A stretch of DNA of 64,000 bases. It comes from a virus. The DNA lies in the IMG/VR virus record IMGVR_UViG_3300008110_000023, positions 1-64,000 of that record. The stretch is one strand, 5' to 3'. Below the pieces are notes generated by a model. That model saw only the letters and a list, made by a program, of their open reading frames with translations. It did no database searches and was not told where the DNA came from. Each line of letters starts with the position of its first letter. Position 1 is the first letter of the stretch. Below, one piece after another: positions 38,204 through 47,929 of the stretch. The position numbers and the translations under genes are program-made.

Positions 38204-39283
38204 TTATTTATCTAGCCTTATACCTACCATTACTGGAAATCTTGGTAATCCATCATCTGTATACTCAAAGAATCTTATCTCTGCAGTTTTACCAATATAG
38301 TCTTGTTTATTAATTAATAGATCTTTTCTTTCATCATGTGACAACTTAGTTCCTGCTCTAAATGTACCTTGAGGTATATTTAATACAGGAATACCCCATT
38401 CTGGTCTAGCTTCTGCAGGTATAATATCTATAACTTCAGCTGTAATATCTTGAAAGTCTTTGTACTTTAATAAATTACTAGATCTAGCATCTACTTTATA
38501 GTTTGTATTACCATGTCTAAGAATAGTACCTTCATAACCTTCTTTAATAAACTGCATATGATATTGCTTTAATTCTTTCTCTGAGTTAATCTTGTAAGTT
38601 GTTACCAATAACAAAGAATTACTATTAATAGTCTCTACTATCTTGTTTAACTTAGACAATCTTTCTATGTATGGTAGTTGTTCAACTAAGTCATACACAT
38701 GTAGAACAACTGTCTCACTTTTGGCGGGATTATACTTTTTAATGAGACTCATGTTCTCCTGGAAAGTATTACCATGTGCGTATAACTCACCGTCTAAGAT
38801 AACATCATCTGCTAAGTTACTTAAGATAGCTTTAATATGATCCATGTTCTTTATCTGCTCTCCTTGTCTAGAAATAAGCTGTACTTCTCCATTAACTTTA
38901 TAAGCAAGACATCTCATACCATCTAACTTAGGTTGTACACAAACAAATGCATTCCAATCTACTTTTTTAGCCTCTTTATTATAATCTTTAGCTAACATAG
39001 GTAAGATAACCTCTTTAGTTTGTGCTTCTTGTTCTGTGTAGAAATAACCCTCTGTTAATTTTTCAGCTAACTTAGAACTCATTTCTAACAGTGCTTGTTC
39101 TTGTGGTGTAGTAACATTACTTTTACCTACATTCTTACTTGTACAAACTTTCCTATGGAAAATGGGATTTTCTGTATTTACAACACCAGATTCTTGTATA
39201 AAACAATCTCCTTCAGCGCTAAGTACTACATATCTTATTTTACCTTTAGTATCTTTCTTATAAAGTGTTACTGTTGATTCCAT
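38204..39283 (-). CDS. lig: ATP-dependent DNA ligase
   Basis: QPKLDGMR (KxDG), LDGELY, EGTILR, LLKYK and GLPRFP. Confidence 0.95.
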   Translation of the reverse strand: MESTVTLYKKDTKGKIRYVVLSAEGDCFIQESGVVNTENPIFHRKVCTSKNVGKSNVTTPQEQALLEMSSKLAEKLTEGYFYTEQEAQTKEVILPMLAKDYNKEAKKVDWNAFVCVQPKLDGMRCLAYKVNGEVQLISRQGEQIKNMDHIKAILSNLADDVILDGELYAHGNTFQENMSLIKKYNPAKSETVVLHVYDLVEQLPYIERLSKLNKIVETINSNSLLLVTTYKINSEKELKQYHMQFIKEGYEGTILRHGNTNYKVDARSSNLLKYKDFQDITAEVIDIIPAEARPEWGIPVLNIPQGTFRAGTKLSHDERKDLLINKQDYIGKTAEIRFFEYTDDGLPRFPVMVGIRLDK

Positions 39284-39455
39284 CTTTAATAATTTTAATT
39301 AAATTTATATCTAAAAAATAATCACAATGATTAATAGCATAATCAAATGGTTGATTATTAAAGAATAATTTTTTTTCTAAGTTTTCAACATCAGTGTACC
39401 TAAGACATTTTAACTTCTTAGGACACTCATGATCATTGCATAATGTATACTTCAT
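39258..39455 (-). CDS. Small Cys-rich protein
   Basis: MKYTLCNDHECPKKLKCLRY...CDYF; start taken at 39455 to avoid overlap with the sigma gene. Confidence 0.55.
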   Translation of the reverse strand: MKYTLCNDHECPKKLKCLRYTDVENLEKKLFFNNQPFDYAINHCDYFLDINLIKIIKDGINSNTL

Positions 39456-39456
39456 A

Positions 39457-40221
39457 TTAAATATGTTTCCATAAATCTTTTCTAACAATCTTATGTACAT
39501 GGCCTTTAGTTATTCCATACTTAGCTACTAACTCAGGAATTGTATATCCTTGTTCTCTAAGTTTTCTTAATTCAAGTACTTGTTCTTCATTGATTTTAGA
39601 AAATCTGTTTTTACTGCCTGTTAATTGTGCTCTCTTTTGAACTATCCTATTTATTACAACAGCCTTTCTATCTTCTTCAAAGTCTTTTCTAATATCTTTT
39701 CTAATTCTTGTTAGCCATTCTCTGATAGTCTTTTCTTTACCACTTGTTATTTCAACAACTTCAAGAGTATTATAACCTTGTATATACAATTTCAAAATTG
39801 TAGATTGATTTTTATTTTTATGGTTATCAATATACTCTGTTAAGTCTTTTGCAAATAATCTACTTTCTGGAGTATCCAATGAAGGTATTTGGTAAAAGAT
39901 ATTATTAACTTCAGTATCATCATTCTCATGTTCTTCTGTAATAAAATCAGAAAATGGTAATTCTACTCCTCTTATTCTTGCTATGGAAGCCACTCTATGT
40001 TTTAATCTAAAAGCTCTATGTTTAGCTATTTTAACTAAAAAGGCTTTTAGTGCTTGTACGGATAAAAATTCATTAGTTGTGTTCTTAACATACTTATGAA
40101 ATTCAATATAAGCTTCTTGAATGGCATCTTCACATAAATTAAATTCATATTTACTATTAAGTAGACAAGTCATTAAATATGTCCTGTACTTATTAAAATC
40201 ATAAATGTTAGCTTCTATCAT
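39457..40221 (-). CDS. ECF-type sigma-70-like factor with extra C-terminal HTH
   Basis: Region 2 (EDAIQEAYIEF...KAFLVKIAKH), region 4 (LYIQGYNTLEV..ITSGKEKTIREWLTRIR), then GSKNRFSKINEEQV...YGITKGHVHKIV..WKHI. Confidence 0.7.
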   Translation of the reverse strand: MIEANIYDFNKYRTYLMTCLLNSKYEFNLCEDAIQEAYIEFHKYVKNTTNEFLSVQALKAFLVKIAKHRAFRLKHRVASIARIRGVELPFSDFITEEHENDDTEVNNIFYQIPSLDTPESRLFAKDLTEYIDNHKNKNQSTILKLYIQGYNTLEVVEITSGKEKTIREWLTRIRKDIRKDFEEDRKAVVINRIVQKRAQLTGSKNRFSKINEEQVLELRKLREQGYTIPELVAKYGITKGHVHKIVRKDLWKHI

Positions 40222-40222
40222 A

Positions 40223-40468
40223 TTATTGCATTATTTCATCAATGTTAATATTATTTTCATCATATAAATTCATTATCTTTTGAAATACAATATCTAATAC
40301 TTCATATGGATTAGTTATAGTAGATGTTTCTATTTCACTTTCAAGAGTTCTTTTAAGGTTATATTGTACTTGAAATAGTACACAAGCCATATCTAATGCT
40401 TTTAAGCATCTTAAATGTTCCATTCTCTCTTCTGGTTCATTTAAATCAAATTCTATTTTTGCTATCAT
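40223..40468 (-). CDS. Hypothetical protein
   Basis: 81-aa ORF tightly packed in the operon. Confidence 0.6.
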   Translation of the reverse strand: MIAKIEFDLNEPEERMEHLRCLKALDMACVLFQVQYNLKRTLESEIETSTITNPYEVLDIVFQKIMNLYDENNINIDEIMQ

Positions 40469-40773
40469 TTGTCTAGTTCTTTATAAATTAATCTTAAAAT
40501 ATCTTTAGCTAAATCACCTGCAGATTTGCCACCATGTTCTTGGTTATGCATTATATACTTAGCTACCTGATCATCTAAAGACATTATCTTTATTAAATTA
40601 GGTAACTTAATATATGATACATTTAAATCACCTAACCAATAAGGTATACTAGTTCCTCTTTCACCATGAGGTACTTTTTGTGTGTACCATAAGCCATAAG
40701 GGATATCTTTGGGCACACTTGTTCCAACGGCTATATACCTACCGTTTGGTTTTCTTCTGTATAAAGTTTCCAT
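40465..40773 (-). CDS. Hypothetical protein
   Basis: 102-aa ORF, ATGA-coupled. Confidence 0.6.
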   Translation of the reverse strand: METLYRRKPNGRYIAVGTSVPKDIPYGLWYTQKVPHGERGTSIPYWLGDLNVSYIKLPNLIKIMSLDDQVAKYIMHNQEHGGKSAGDLAKDILRLIYKELDK

Positions 40774-40980
40774 TTACTGAGTTATGTAGTGATTAATAAC
40801 TATATCCAAAGCCATGTTGTAGAGTTGTAGTCTTAATAAATCTTGTATAGTATGATTAAGATGTACTTCTACATCTTTTTGTTCTTTAATATACTGAGCT
40901 ATAAGACCACAACCTACAGGTATTGGAATATCCATTACCCCATCTTTAGTATAACTTTCAATGATTTCTTTAGGAGTCAT
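40774..40980 (-). CDS. Hypothetical protein
   Basis: 68-aa ORF abutting its neighbours. Confidence 0.55.
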   Translation of the reverse strand: MTPKEIIESYTKDGVMDIPIPVGCGLIAQYIKEQKDVEVHLNHTIQDLLRLQLYNMALDIVINHYITQ

Positions 40981-41239
40981 GTTTTAAATGTAAATTATTA
41001 AACCTTTCTAAAGCTCTATCATAATCCATTATACACCATGCATATTTACCAAATGCAGTACTTTTAGGATAAGACTCACAATCATATCTTTTATTGATTT
41101 TCTTTTTAAATACTTCATAGTGAGTTATTCCTTCATGTTCTACTTTGTAAATAAAACCATGTTCATTCTTGTCTAATTGTGTAAAGAGAAAGCCTTTAAC
41201 TTCCCCTCTACCAACAAACTCTTTCTCTAATAGTTTCAT
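40970..41239 (-). CDS. Hypothetical protein
   Basis: FVGRGEVKGF.F and HYEVF...YPKSTAFGKYAW motifs. Confidence 0.65.
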   Translation of the reverse strand: MKLLEKEFVGRGEVKGFLFTQLDKNEHGFIYKVEHEGITHYEVFKKKINKRYDCESYPKSTAFGKYAWCIMDYDRALERFNNLHLKHDS

Positions 41240-41991
41240 TGTCTACTTTTTTTATACGCAGTTACACTTACACTGAAATATTTAGTACAATCAAGACATT
41301 TCATTTTCTTCTTAATAGTACCTAATGCAGCTACTATATTACCATTAGAAATTGTATTATCTGATGCACAATAAGGACAACTACAAGCATCTTTACCTTT
41401 TAATACACCAACATGAGTTTTAGGTTTACCATAACCTTGTAGTTTTTGAAATACTTGTTCAAGTAGTAATACATCTTGTTTACAGTAAGTAACCATTTTA
41501 TGCATTGCTTCTGCATTATTAAAGATACAAATATCTTTCCATAAGCCAAAGCCACCAGTCTCTAATTTTTGTCCAAGTCCTAAGAATTTACCAATGTAGT
41601 CAAGTTTATTAGAGTTAAATCTAAATCCTTTTCTTGCCAGTTTTAGAGTATCTATTGATTTTATATCTGGTAAGCTAGGAACCCCATGAAATAGGGCCCT
41701 AGTCTTAAACCATTTAATATCATAGTTATCTCCATTATGACCAATAACTTCATCAGCTTTTAATATAACTTTTAAAAACTTAGTAATAAGAGATTTATCA
41801 TCACCTCTTTTCCACTCTAATGAGTGTACTGTATCTTCACCTTCCCACTTATAACATATACAAATAACAGCTCTTTCTTTTAAGATGTTGTCATGTCCTA
41901 TTTGTAATTTATACCCAACATTCCATGAAAATACTATGTTTGGAGATGTTTCTATATCAAAAAATAATCTCTTAATTTTTACTGGTTTCAT
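41236..41991 (-). CDS. DnaQ/RNase H-like 3'-5' exonuclease with C-terminal Zn ribbon
   Basis: FFDIETSP, GHNGDNYD and YCKQDV; CPYC...CLDC. Confidence 0.85.
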   Translation of the reverse strand: MKPVKIKRLFFDIETSPNIVFSWNVGYKLQIGHDNILKERAVICICYKWEGEDTVHSLEWKRGDDKSLITKFLKVILKADEVIGHNGDNYDIKWFKTRALFHGVPSLPDIKSIDTLKLARKGFRFNSNKLDYIGKFLGLGQKLETGGFGLWKDICIFNNAEAMHKMVTYCKQDVLLLEQVFQKLQGYGKPKTHVGVLKGKDACSCPYCASDNTISNGNIVAALGTIKKKMKCLDCTKYFSVSVTAYKKSRQ

Positions 41992-41993
41992 AA

Positions 41994-42569
41994 CTAAAAT
42001 TCTTCACTTGGTTTTATAGCTTCTTTCTTTACTTCTTTGAAAGATTCCTGATATGTTTCTAATGCCATATCTGGAGGTGAACTCACCTCTGCTTTTCTGT
42101 CTATTTTAACATTCAATTCCTTTTCCCAATATTGATATCTCTCTTCTGCTCTTGTTAAAGTTTGCATTACAGGATGATTTTCACCAATACTATGAAATCT
42201 CATTAAATGTAATTTATATTCATTGTTAAATTTACTATACCTACCCATCTTATAGTTATCAAAATCTACTTTATGTTCCATAGGAATACTAAATACAAAC
42301 ATTGTATGCATGTAATCAGGTTCATAGGACTCTATAAAATATGGATTTAGTTTTAATCTTTCCTCAAACATCAAAAAAGTAGTGTCTGCAGAAAATTCAT
42401 ATAACAAAAACAAATGTTCTGTAAATTCTGGTTTATCAGAAGATGCAATATATGCATTTCTAAATTGCTTTGGCCCACCTGATTTACCCATAAATTCTGT
42501 TATATGATTACCAATCATTGGTAATATATAAGAAGTAGATTTATTAAATTTCTTTGGTCTTTCCATCAC
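41994..42569 (-). CDS. Hypothetical protein of the replication module
   Basis: 191-aa ORF (STSYILPM...MFVFSIP...GRYSKF). Confidence 0.6.
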   Translation of the reverse strand: MMERPKKFNKSTSYILPMIGNHITEFMGKSGGPKQFRNAYIASSDKPEFTEHLFLLYEFSADTTFLMFEERLKLNPYFIESYEPDYMHTMFVFSIPMEHKVDFDNYKMGRYSKFNNEYKLHLMRFHSIGENHPVMQTLTRAEERYQYWEKELNVKIDRKAEVSSPPDMALETYQESFKEVKKEAIKPSEEF

Positions 42570-43293
42570 TTATCTCCCCTACTAAGTTTAATATTGGATA
42601 TTCAAATCCAAATTCTAATTCATCAATCAATTTAACTAGCCTATAATTAAGACAGAATTCTATAATACCTTTATGTACACCTAGAGTTTCTACATATGCA
42701 TTAAATACTATATCATATAACTTACTATCTTCAGTTATATTCTCAAATAGTCCTTCTACATATTTAGGTCCTTTACGTGGAATACCTTTGATATTATCAG
42801 TACTATCACCAGTAATTACTTGTTTCCACAATAACAAATCAGCTTCAGATTTTGTAACATCTTTAACTTGTTTTGTTTTTGGATTAAAATGTAATCCTGG
42901 TATTTGCTGTAAATCTTTATCCATACTGCAAATCATTGCTTCTGGATGTTTGCGTGCAATAATACTAATAATATCATCAGCTTCCAAGCCAGGATGATGT
43001 ACAAAAAGCCATTTATTTATAAGATAATCCCTTAATTCATTAAAGAATGCAGGTTTCTCTAGTCCTTTTCTATTAGCTTTATAAGCAGGATATATATCAT
43101 ATCTAAAACATTTTCCTATAGTAAGTGCTCCTATATAAGATTGAGCTCCTGTACTATCTAAAATGTCTAAAATCATATTATCTGCAAATTCACATACTTC
43201 TTCAAAAGTTTTTATTTCTTCATCTTTCTTGTTGTGTGTGGCTACAAATAATAGAAAATCTGCATCTATTAATGTTATGTTATTTTGTTCCAT
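42544..43293 (-). CDS. 5'-3' exonuclease / flap endonuclease
   Basis: LIDADF, YKANR, LEADD, SMDKDL.QIPG and GDSTDNIKGIP..GPK. Confidence 0.92.
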   Translation of the reverse strand: MEQNNITLIDADFLLFVATHNKKDEEIKTFEEVCEFADNMILDILDSTGAQSYIGALTIGKCFRYDIYPAYKANRKGLEKPAFFNELRDYLINKWLFVHHPGLEADDIISIIARKHPEAMICSMDKDLQQIPGLHFNPKTKQVKDVTKSEADLLLWKQVITGDSTDNIKGIPRKGPKYVEGLFENITEDSKLYDIVFNAYVETLGVHKGIIEFCLNYRLVKLIDELEFGFEYPILNLVGEISDGKTKEI

Positions 43294-43702
43294 GTAGTAA
43301 TTTTATAAATTCATAAAAAGTATCTTTTGTCATAATTACCAATTCACCTTCTCCCTTCTTTTTATGAAATATAACATTAGGAAATGGCAATCTTTCTGGC
43401 ATATTCTTTCCTAATAATTCTACCATACTGTCAAAGATCTCTTTATACTTTACACCTGATTGTACATTCTTTGCTTGTACATTATAAGGAATACCATATA
43501 AATCTACTTTACAGTCATCTAATAATTTACTAGCTTGCCTACTTGTTTTGCAATAAGGATAGCCTAAGTCTCTGAACTCTTTTGCTAGTTGTCTCTCATA
43601 ATTTTGACCAGCAGTTCTATTCCTTTTTCCAGTATTTTTATACTTAGGCTTTGCAGCAGGTAATTCATTTTTATTCTTCACAGATCTTCCCCTCTTTCTC
43701 AC
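43280..43702 (-). CDS. PD-(D/E)xK nuclease, Holliday junction resolvase-like
   Basis: G..YERQLA...TSR...D...VD...NVQAK. Confidence 0.75.
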   Translation of the reverse strand: MRKRGRSVKNKNELPAAKPKYKNTGKRNRTAGQNYERQLAKEFRDLGYPYCKTSRQASKLLDDCKVDLYGIPYNVQAKNVQSGVKYKEIFDSMVELLGKNMPERLPFPNVIFHKKKGEGELVIMTKDTFYEFIKLLHGTK

Positions 43703-43710
43703 TATTTATG

Positions 43711-43932
43711 TTATTTTACAAGTGTAAATGCTTCTGCTGGCCACCAGGCTGACTTATCATTTTCTTGTGTAATCTTTACAGTATAATCTGCATCATTAAT
43801 ATCTTCTACATAATAGAATTTATCTTTAACTAACTCATTTCTAAGAGTTTGGCCAATAAATTTAATTTTACTATCTAGATTAAATGGTACAAATTCTACT
43901 TTTGTTTTAGATTTTCTTACTGTCTTATTCAT
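43711..43932 (-). CDS. Hypothetical protein (SH3-like beta pattern)
   Basis: ATG 43932 lies just downstream of a promoter; WWPAEAF. Confidence 0.5.
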   Translation of the reverse strand: MNKTVRKSKTKVEFVPFNLDSKIKFIGQTLRNELVKDKFYYVEDINDADYTVKITQENDKSAWWPAEAFTLVK

Positions 43933-43953
43933 AAAATAGTTTTTTTGGTTATG

Positions 43954-43984
43954 CAAATATATAAAAAAGAGAGGAATTTTTCAA
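43954..43984 (-). promoter_or_regulatory. Sigma-A-type promoter TTG-N20-TATATTTG embedded in a terminator
   Basis: On +: CAAATATA at 43954-43961 and CAA at 43982-43984, 20-nt spacer. Confidence 0.75.
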
Positions 43985-43993
43985 CCCCTCTCT
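43963..43993 (-). terminator. Intrinsic terminator (AGAGAGG/CCTCTCT stem + U-tract)
   Basis: Minus strand AGAGAGGGGTTGAAAAATTCCTCTCTTTTTT, downstream of 44005..44277. Confidence 0.7.
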
Positions 43994-44004
43994 AATTTAT
44001 GTTA

Positions 44005-44277
44005 TTATGCGTTAAATGTATAATCATTTTCTGGCCTTACTTCAGGAGTTTCCTCTACAGAAGGTACTGTATTAATCTCAGCAACGTCATCCATTAATCT
44101 GATAGTATACTTTGCAGTACTTGCGCCATTTCTTTTCTTGATTAAACCAAAAGTTTCTAAAGCTTCAATAGCTTCTTTCTTACTAATGTTATACTTTAAG
44201 GCAATATCTTCATTTGATTTACCTAAACCATATTTCATAGTCAACAATTCACTTTTTTTAATTACAATCTCATTCAT
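44005..44277 (-). CDS. Small HTH-like protein
   Basis: GKSNEDIALKYNISKKEAIEAL resembles an HTH. Confidence 0.5.
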   Translation of the reverse strand: MNEIVIKKSELLTMKYGLGKSNEDIALKYNISKKEAIEALETFGLIKKRNGASTAKYTIRLMDDVAEINTVPSVEETPEVRPENDYTFNA

Positions 44278-44308
44278 AGTTTTAAATTTTTAAGGTTAGT
44301 TATTATTA

Positions 44309-45343
44309 TTAAGAATTAATTATTTCTTCTGTTTCTTCTTTTTGTTCAACAATTTGTGGTTTTCTTATAATCTGATCTTCATTAATATTTAATTTAAACT
44401 TAAAATCAGTTAACACATAACCATCTTTTCCCATTGTAAAAGTAGATTTGATTTCTTCAGATACTAAAGCATTAATATAATTAAAATCATCTTCTAATAT
44501 TAAAGCTTTTGGATTAGTTAAAAACTCACTTACAATAGCATTTACACCATGATTTTGAAAATTCTCAAAATAATTATGAGTAATTTGTCTAAATTTATCC
44601 CTAAAAGATTTAAAATTAGTAGAAGACCAATAGTTATTAAATCTCATATTATTTGCACAATCATTTGCAATCAATAGAAGATGTAATAAACTTGCTTCTA
44701 AATCATAATTAGTAATCATTTCCATACCTAACTTAACAGTTTCCTGATCATTAGACTTAAGCAATGGAGTTAATTGTTGTACTATATCAGCAGTTAATGG
44801 ACCATTTTGATTGTTAATTACACTATTTAAATCAAATACATTAATTATCTTAGTTCCTGCAAACTCATTATAAGCTTGTACTATAGTTTCTAAAATAGTT
44901 TTAGTATTACCATAACAGTGAACATAAACATATCTATTTAAATTAGGCGCAGAATTTAAATCAGTTTCATTTGAAAACTGTATATATTCATTCTTTTCAT
45001 CTACAGTAACACCAATATGTTGTAAAACTCTAGTATGAAGTCTTCCATTTAAAAAACTTATCCATTCTTTTACATCAATTACTACTGCATCTGCATAAGC
45101 TGTTGTTCTAGTAGTTTGTACAATATTATTATTGTTTCTACCATAATCAGTAAACTTATATCTAGGAAAAGTAACATCTTTCATAAAGAATACTTTGCCT
45201 GCAAAGCCATTAAAAGAAGTTTGATTACTTTCTAACCATTTAATAATAGTATTTTTTTCAGCCTCTGTTATACCAGAATATATTTGAGTACTATCTCCCC
45301 AATTATTTTTTGTTTTTACCTGAAATTCTTGTATCTGTATCAT
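44309..45343 (-). CDS. MoxR/VWA-associated protein (possible BRCT-like N-terminus, HEAT-like helix pair)
   Basis: KVFFMKDVTFPRYK...TRTTAYADAVVI and LLKSNDQETVKLGMEMI; TAATG-coupled to the ATPase. Confidence 0.5.
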   Translation of the reverse strand: MIQIQEFQVKTKNNWGDSTQIYSGITEAEKNTIIKWLESNQTSFNGFAGKVFFMKDVTFPRYKFTDYGRNNNNIVQTTRTTAYADAVVIDVKEWISFLNGRLHTRVLQHIGVTVDEKNEYIQFSNETDLNSAPNLNRYVYVHCYGNTKTILETIVQAYNEFAGTKIINVFDLNSVINNQNGPLTADIVQQLTPLLKSNDQETVKLGMEMITNYDLEASLLHLLLIANDCANNMRFNNYWSSTNFKSFRDKFRQITHNYFENFQNHGVNAIVSEFLTNPKALILEDDFNYINALVSEEIKSTFTMGKDGYVLTDFKFKLNINEDQIIRKPQIVEQKEETEEIINS

Positions 45344-46527
45344 TATGCTATAATGTATTTAGTTAAAGTTTGTCTTAATGTTAACATTTTAAATTTTTGA
45401 CCACATGCAAATAGTGATTTAACCATATGATAGTTAAGATCTGCTCCAAAATAATCTTCCATAATAAGCATTTCTATTCTATCTAAATAGTCTTTCTCTA
45501 TTTTGTTTTTCTCTGAGAAAGTTACAGAGTAGTTTATTGCTCTAGTACATAATACAGATGCAATATCTGCTCTATAAGTACCTAGATTAGTACTACCTAC
45601 TAATTCTCTTAGTTTAGTTCTTAAAGTATCCTCTGCTGCAGAAAACATTTCTTTTGGTGTGATTAGTTTATCTAATCTATTATTGATAAAACTAACAAAC
45701 ATACCAGAAGTTGCACTTCCAACACAGCCTTCACCTATCATTTGTATAAGAGGTAAATTGTTTTCAAAGTCTTTAATAGAACTAATTGCATTAAAGAAAG
45801 TAACTATACTTCTAGGATTTACTTTGCTATTTACAACTTCAGGATTAAGTAGTAAGAAGTTAATACATCTACCATCAATACCTTCTGCCTCAGCCCATTT
45901 AGCCCACTCTTGTACATCAAAAGTTAACTCTACACTGATATACCTAGTTTGAACTGCCTCATCTATTTCAGTAACAGTATATTTACCGTTAGCAGGATTA
46001 GCACTTAGTACTATATGCCAGTTCTTAGGTAGTTTCCAAGAGATATATTCTTGTCTATCTATTAATTCCATACATGCTTGGATAAAACGCTGATCTGCTC
46101 TAGTCCAGTCATCTAATAATAGAATACCTCCTTCAGTCTTATCTGCAATCCATTCTGGTGCTGCATAAGACATTCTTTTCTTACCTGTTAGTCTATATCC
46201 TTCTTTCTCATAAGAAGCAATAGCTACTTCATCTACCCAGTTAACTTCAGGTATAACATCTTCTGTTACTTTAGCCATTTGGAATTGCTTAACTGGAAAA
46301 CCAACTAAGTCACCTAATTCCTCTATTTGTGCTAAGTTTAATTTAACAAAGTCAAGTTGTAGTTCTTTAGCTAATTGTTGTATACTACTAGTTTTACCTA
46401 AACCAGCTTCACCAATAACTTCTACAGCTACTGTTTTCTTACCTTCTTTTTGAAGGTCTTGGTTATTGCTTATAATATGTTTTAAGAAATCTTTTACTTC
46501 AGTTGATTTTAACTTAATATGACTCAT
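45343..46527 (-). CDS. MoxR-type AAA+ ATPase
   Basis: GEAGLGKT Walker A, LAQIEELGDLVGFP, LLLDDWTRA Walker B, LSANP and NPRS. Confidence 0.88.
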   Translation of the reverse strand: MSHIKLKSTEVKDFLKHIISNNQDLQKEGKKTVAVEVIGEAGLGKTSSIQQLAKELQLDFVKLNLAQIEELGDLVGFPVKQFQMAKVTEDVIPEVNWVDEVAIASYEKEGYRLTGKKRMSYAAPEWIADKTEGGILLLDDWTRADQRFIQACMELIDRQEYISWKLPKNWHIVLSANPANGKYTVTEIDEAVQTRYISVELTFDVQEWAKWAEAEGIDGRCINFLLLNPEVVNSKVNPRSIVTFFNAISSIKDFENNLPLIQMIGEGCVGSATSGMFVSFINNRLDKLITPKEMFSAAEDTLRTKLRELVGSTNLGTYRADIASVLCTRAINYSVTFSEKNKIEKDYLDRIEMLIMEDYFGADLNYHMVKSLFACGQKFKMLTLRQTLTKYIIA

Positions 46528-46548
46528 TGTTAAGGTTTTTTAAATGTT

Positions 46549-47694
46549 TTAGTTTAATTGAATTTTATAACCAGGAAGACTTTCATTTATAGGTGAAACT
46601 GTACTGTGTACCCAAAGCATTTTACCTCTAGGTTGTATACTACAATTACATTCACCATCTGTTAAATAAATAAGACTGCAATACTTGCCATAGTTATCAT
46701 TATAATACTCTATAACAGGATCAAATTCAGTCCCACCTCTTCCTTTTATTTCTATTTGAGGATTTCCCTTGTATTCCTCTACCCCACGTATTTTGGCATC
46801 ACATTGAATGATTGTAACTTTTGTATCTGTTTTATAAATATGATGAATTTCATTCATAAATTCACTTAATTCACCATCACTTACAGATCCACTAGTATCT
46901 ATTGCTACTAAGATATGCCGTTTACTTTTAATCTTTAGCGCAGGATTGCCTGGATATCTCCTAGAATCTTTTTTACGTGTTTTGATAGTATATATCTTAT
47001 TACTACCACCTGCAAATCTTCTAAGATAACTTCTCCAATTAAACTTAGCTGGTTCTGGATTTAATAGTCTATCTAAAAATCCTTTTAATTCTCCTGGTAC
47101 ATTACCTTTGTTTTTAACAGCTTCATAAGTAGCTTTCATTTGATATTCTACTTGTCTATCTATTAATTGTCTTTCTGCATCACTTAATTTACTAAACTGG
47201 TCCCAAGTTGCATGTTCTTTTGCAAACTCTGGATCTGCTAGCATATTCTTAAGTGTTTCACTCTTGTCTTTATCCTTCAATAATTTCTTATAGTAATAAT
47301 CTGTATCCTTTAAAGGCTCTAGAACTATTTCAGGAAAACTTTGTATATGCAAAAAGTCAGAGGTTTTATACTTAGGATCTATTAACTGATTGATTGCAAT
47401 ATCTGCAGCTATATTAAACAATAGTTTATCACTATACTTATCTCTCAATGTTAAATGAAAGAAACATATATGCAATAACTCATGCTTAAGAACTCCATAC
47501 TTTGTATTCTCAGTTAAACCTTCCCAAAATGTAGGATTAACTACTAATTCTGTATTAATACCTTGCTTTCCTACTCCAGCAGTTGGTACTCTAGGATCTA
47601 CTTTTTTATTTAAGGTGCTCATAAATACACCATAAAAAGGCTCATTAATCATTAATGCCCTACTTATCTTGCTTACGCTCTGTAATACATCCAT
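46549..47694 (-). CDS. Metallopeptidase (HExxH) + von Willebrand A domain protein
   Basis: KHELLHI...NIAADIAIN; MIDAS DTSGS, GRGGTEF and YLTDG. Confidence 0.88.
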   Translation of the reverse strand: MDVLQSVSKISRALMINEPFYGVFMSTLNKKVDPRVPTAGVGKQGINTELVVNPTFWEGLTENTKYGVLKHELLHICFFHLTLRDKYSDKLLFNIAADIAINQLIDPKYKTSDFLHIQSFPEIVLEPLKDTDYYYKKLLKDKDKSETLKNMLADPEFAKEHATWDQFSKLSDAERQLIDRQVEYQMKATYEAVKNKGNVPGELKGFLDRLLNPEPAKFNWRSYLRRFAGGSNKIYTIKTRKKDSRRYPGNPALKIKSKRHILVAIDTSGSVSDGELSEFMNEIHHIYKTDTKVTIIQCDAKIRGVEEYKGNPQIEIKGRGGTEFDPVIEYYNDNYGKYCSLIYLTDGECNCSIQPRGKMLWVHSTVSPINESLPGYKIQLN

Positions 47695-47929
47695 TTGTTT
47701 TTAATATTTCATAAGCTAATTGTCTGTCTATTATATTATCACTATACATCATATGTAAAATAGTATCTTTATTCTCTAATAAGTCTAAATCTACATAATG
47801 TAGAGTAGTTATATTTGTATAAAATACATACTCTCTTTTTATACTATCTTTATAAAAATAACGTAATTCATTATCATCAACAGAAGTTTTTGCATAGTGA
47901 TATATTGCATATTTATCTTCTACATACAT
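47660..47929 (-). CDS. Small protein with HEAT-like motif upstream of the VWA gene
   Basis: MMYSDNIIDRQLAYEIL; overlaps both the primase and the VWA gene. Confidence 0.5.
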   Translation of the reverse strand: MYVEDKYAIYHYAKTSVDDNELRYFYKDSIKREYVFYTNITTLHYVDLDLLENKDTILHMMYSDNIIDRQLAYEILKTNGCITERKQDK

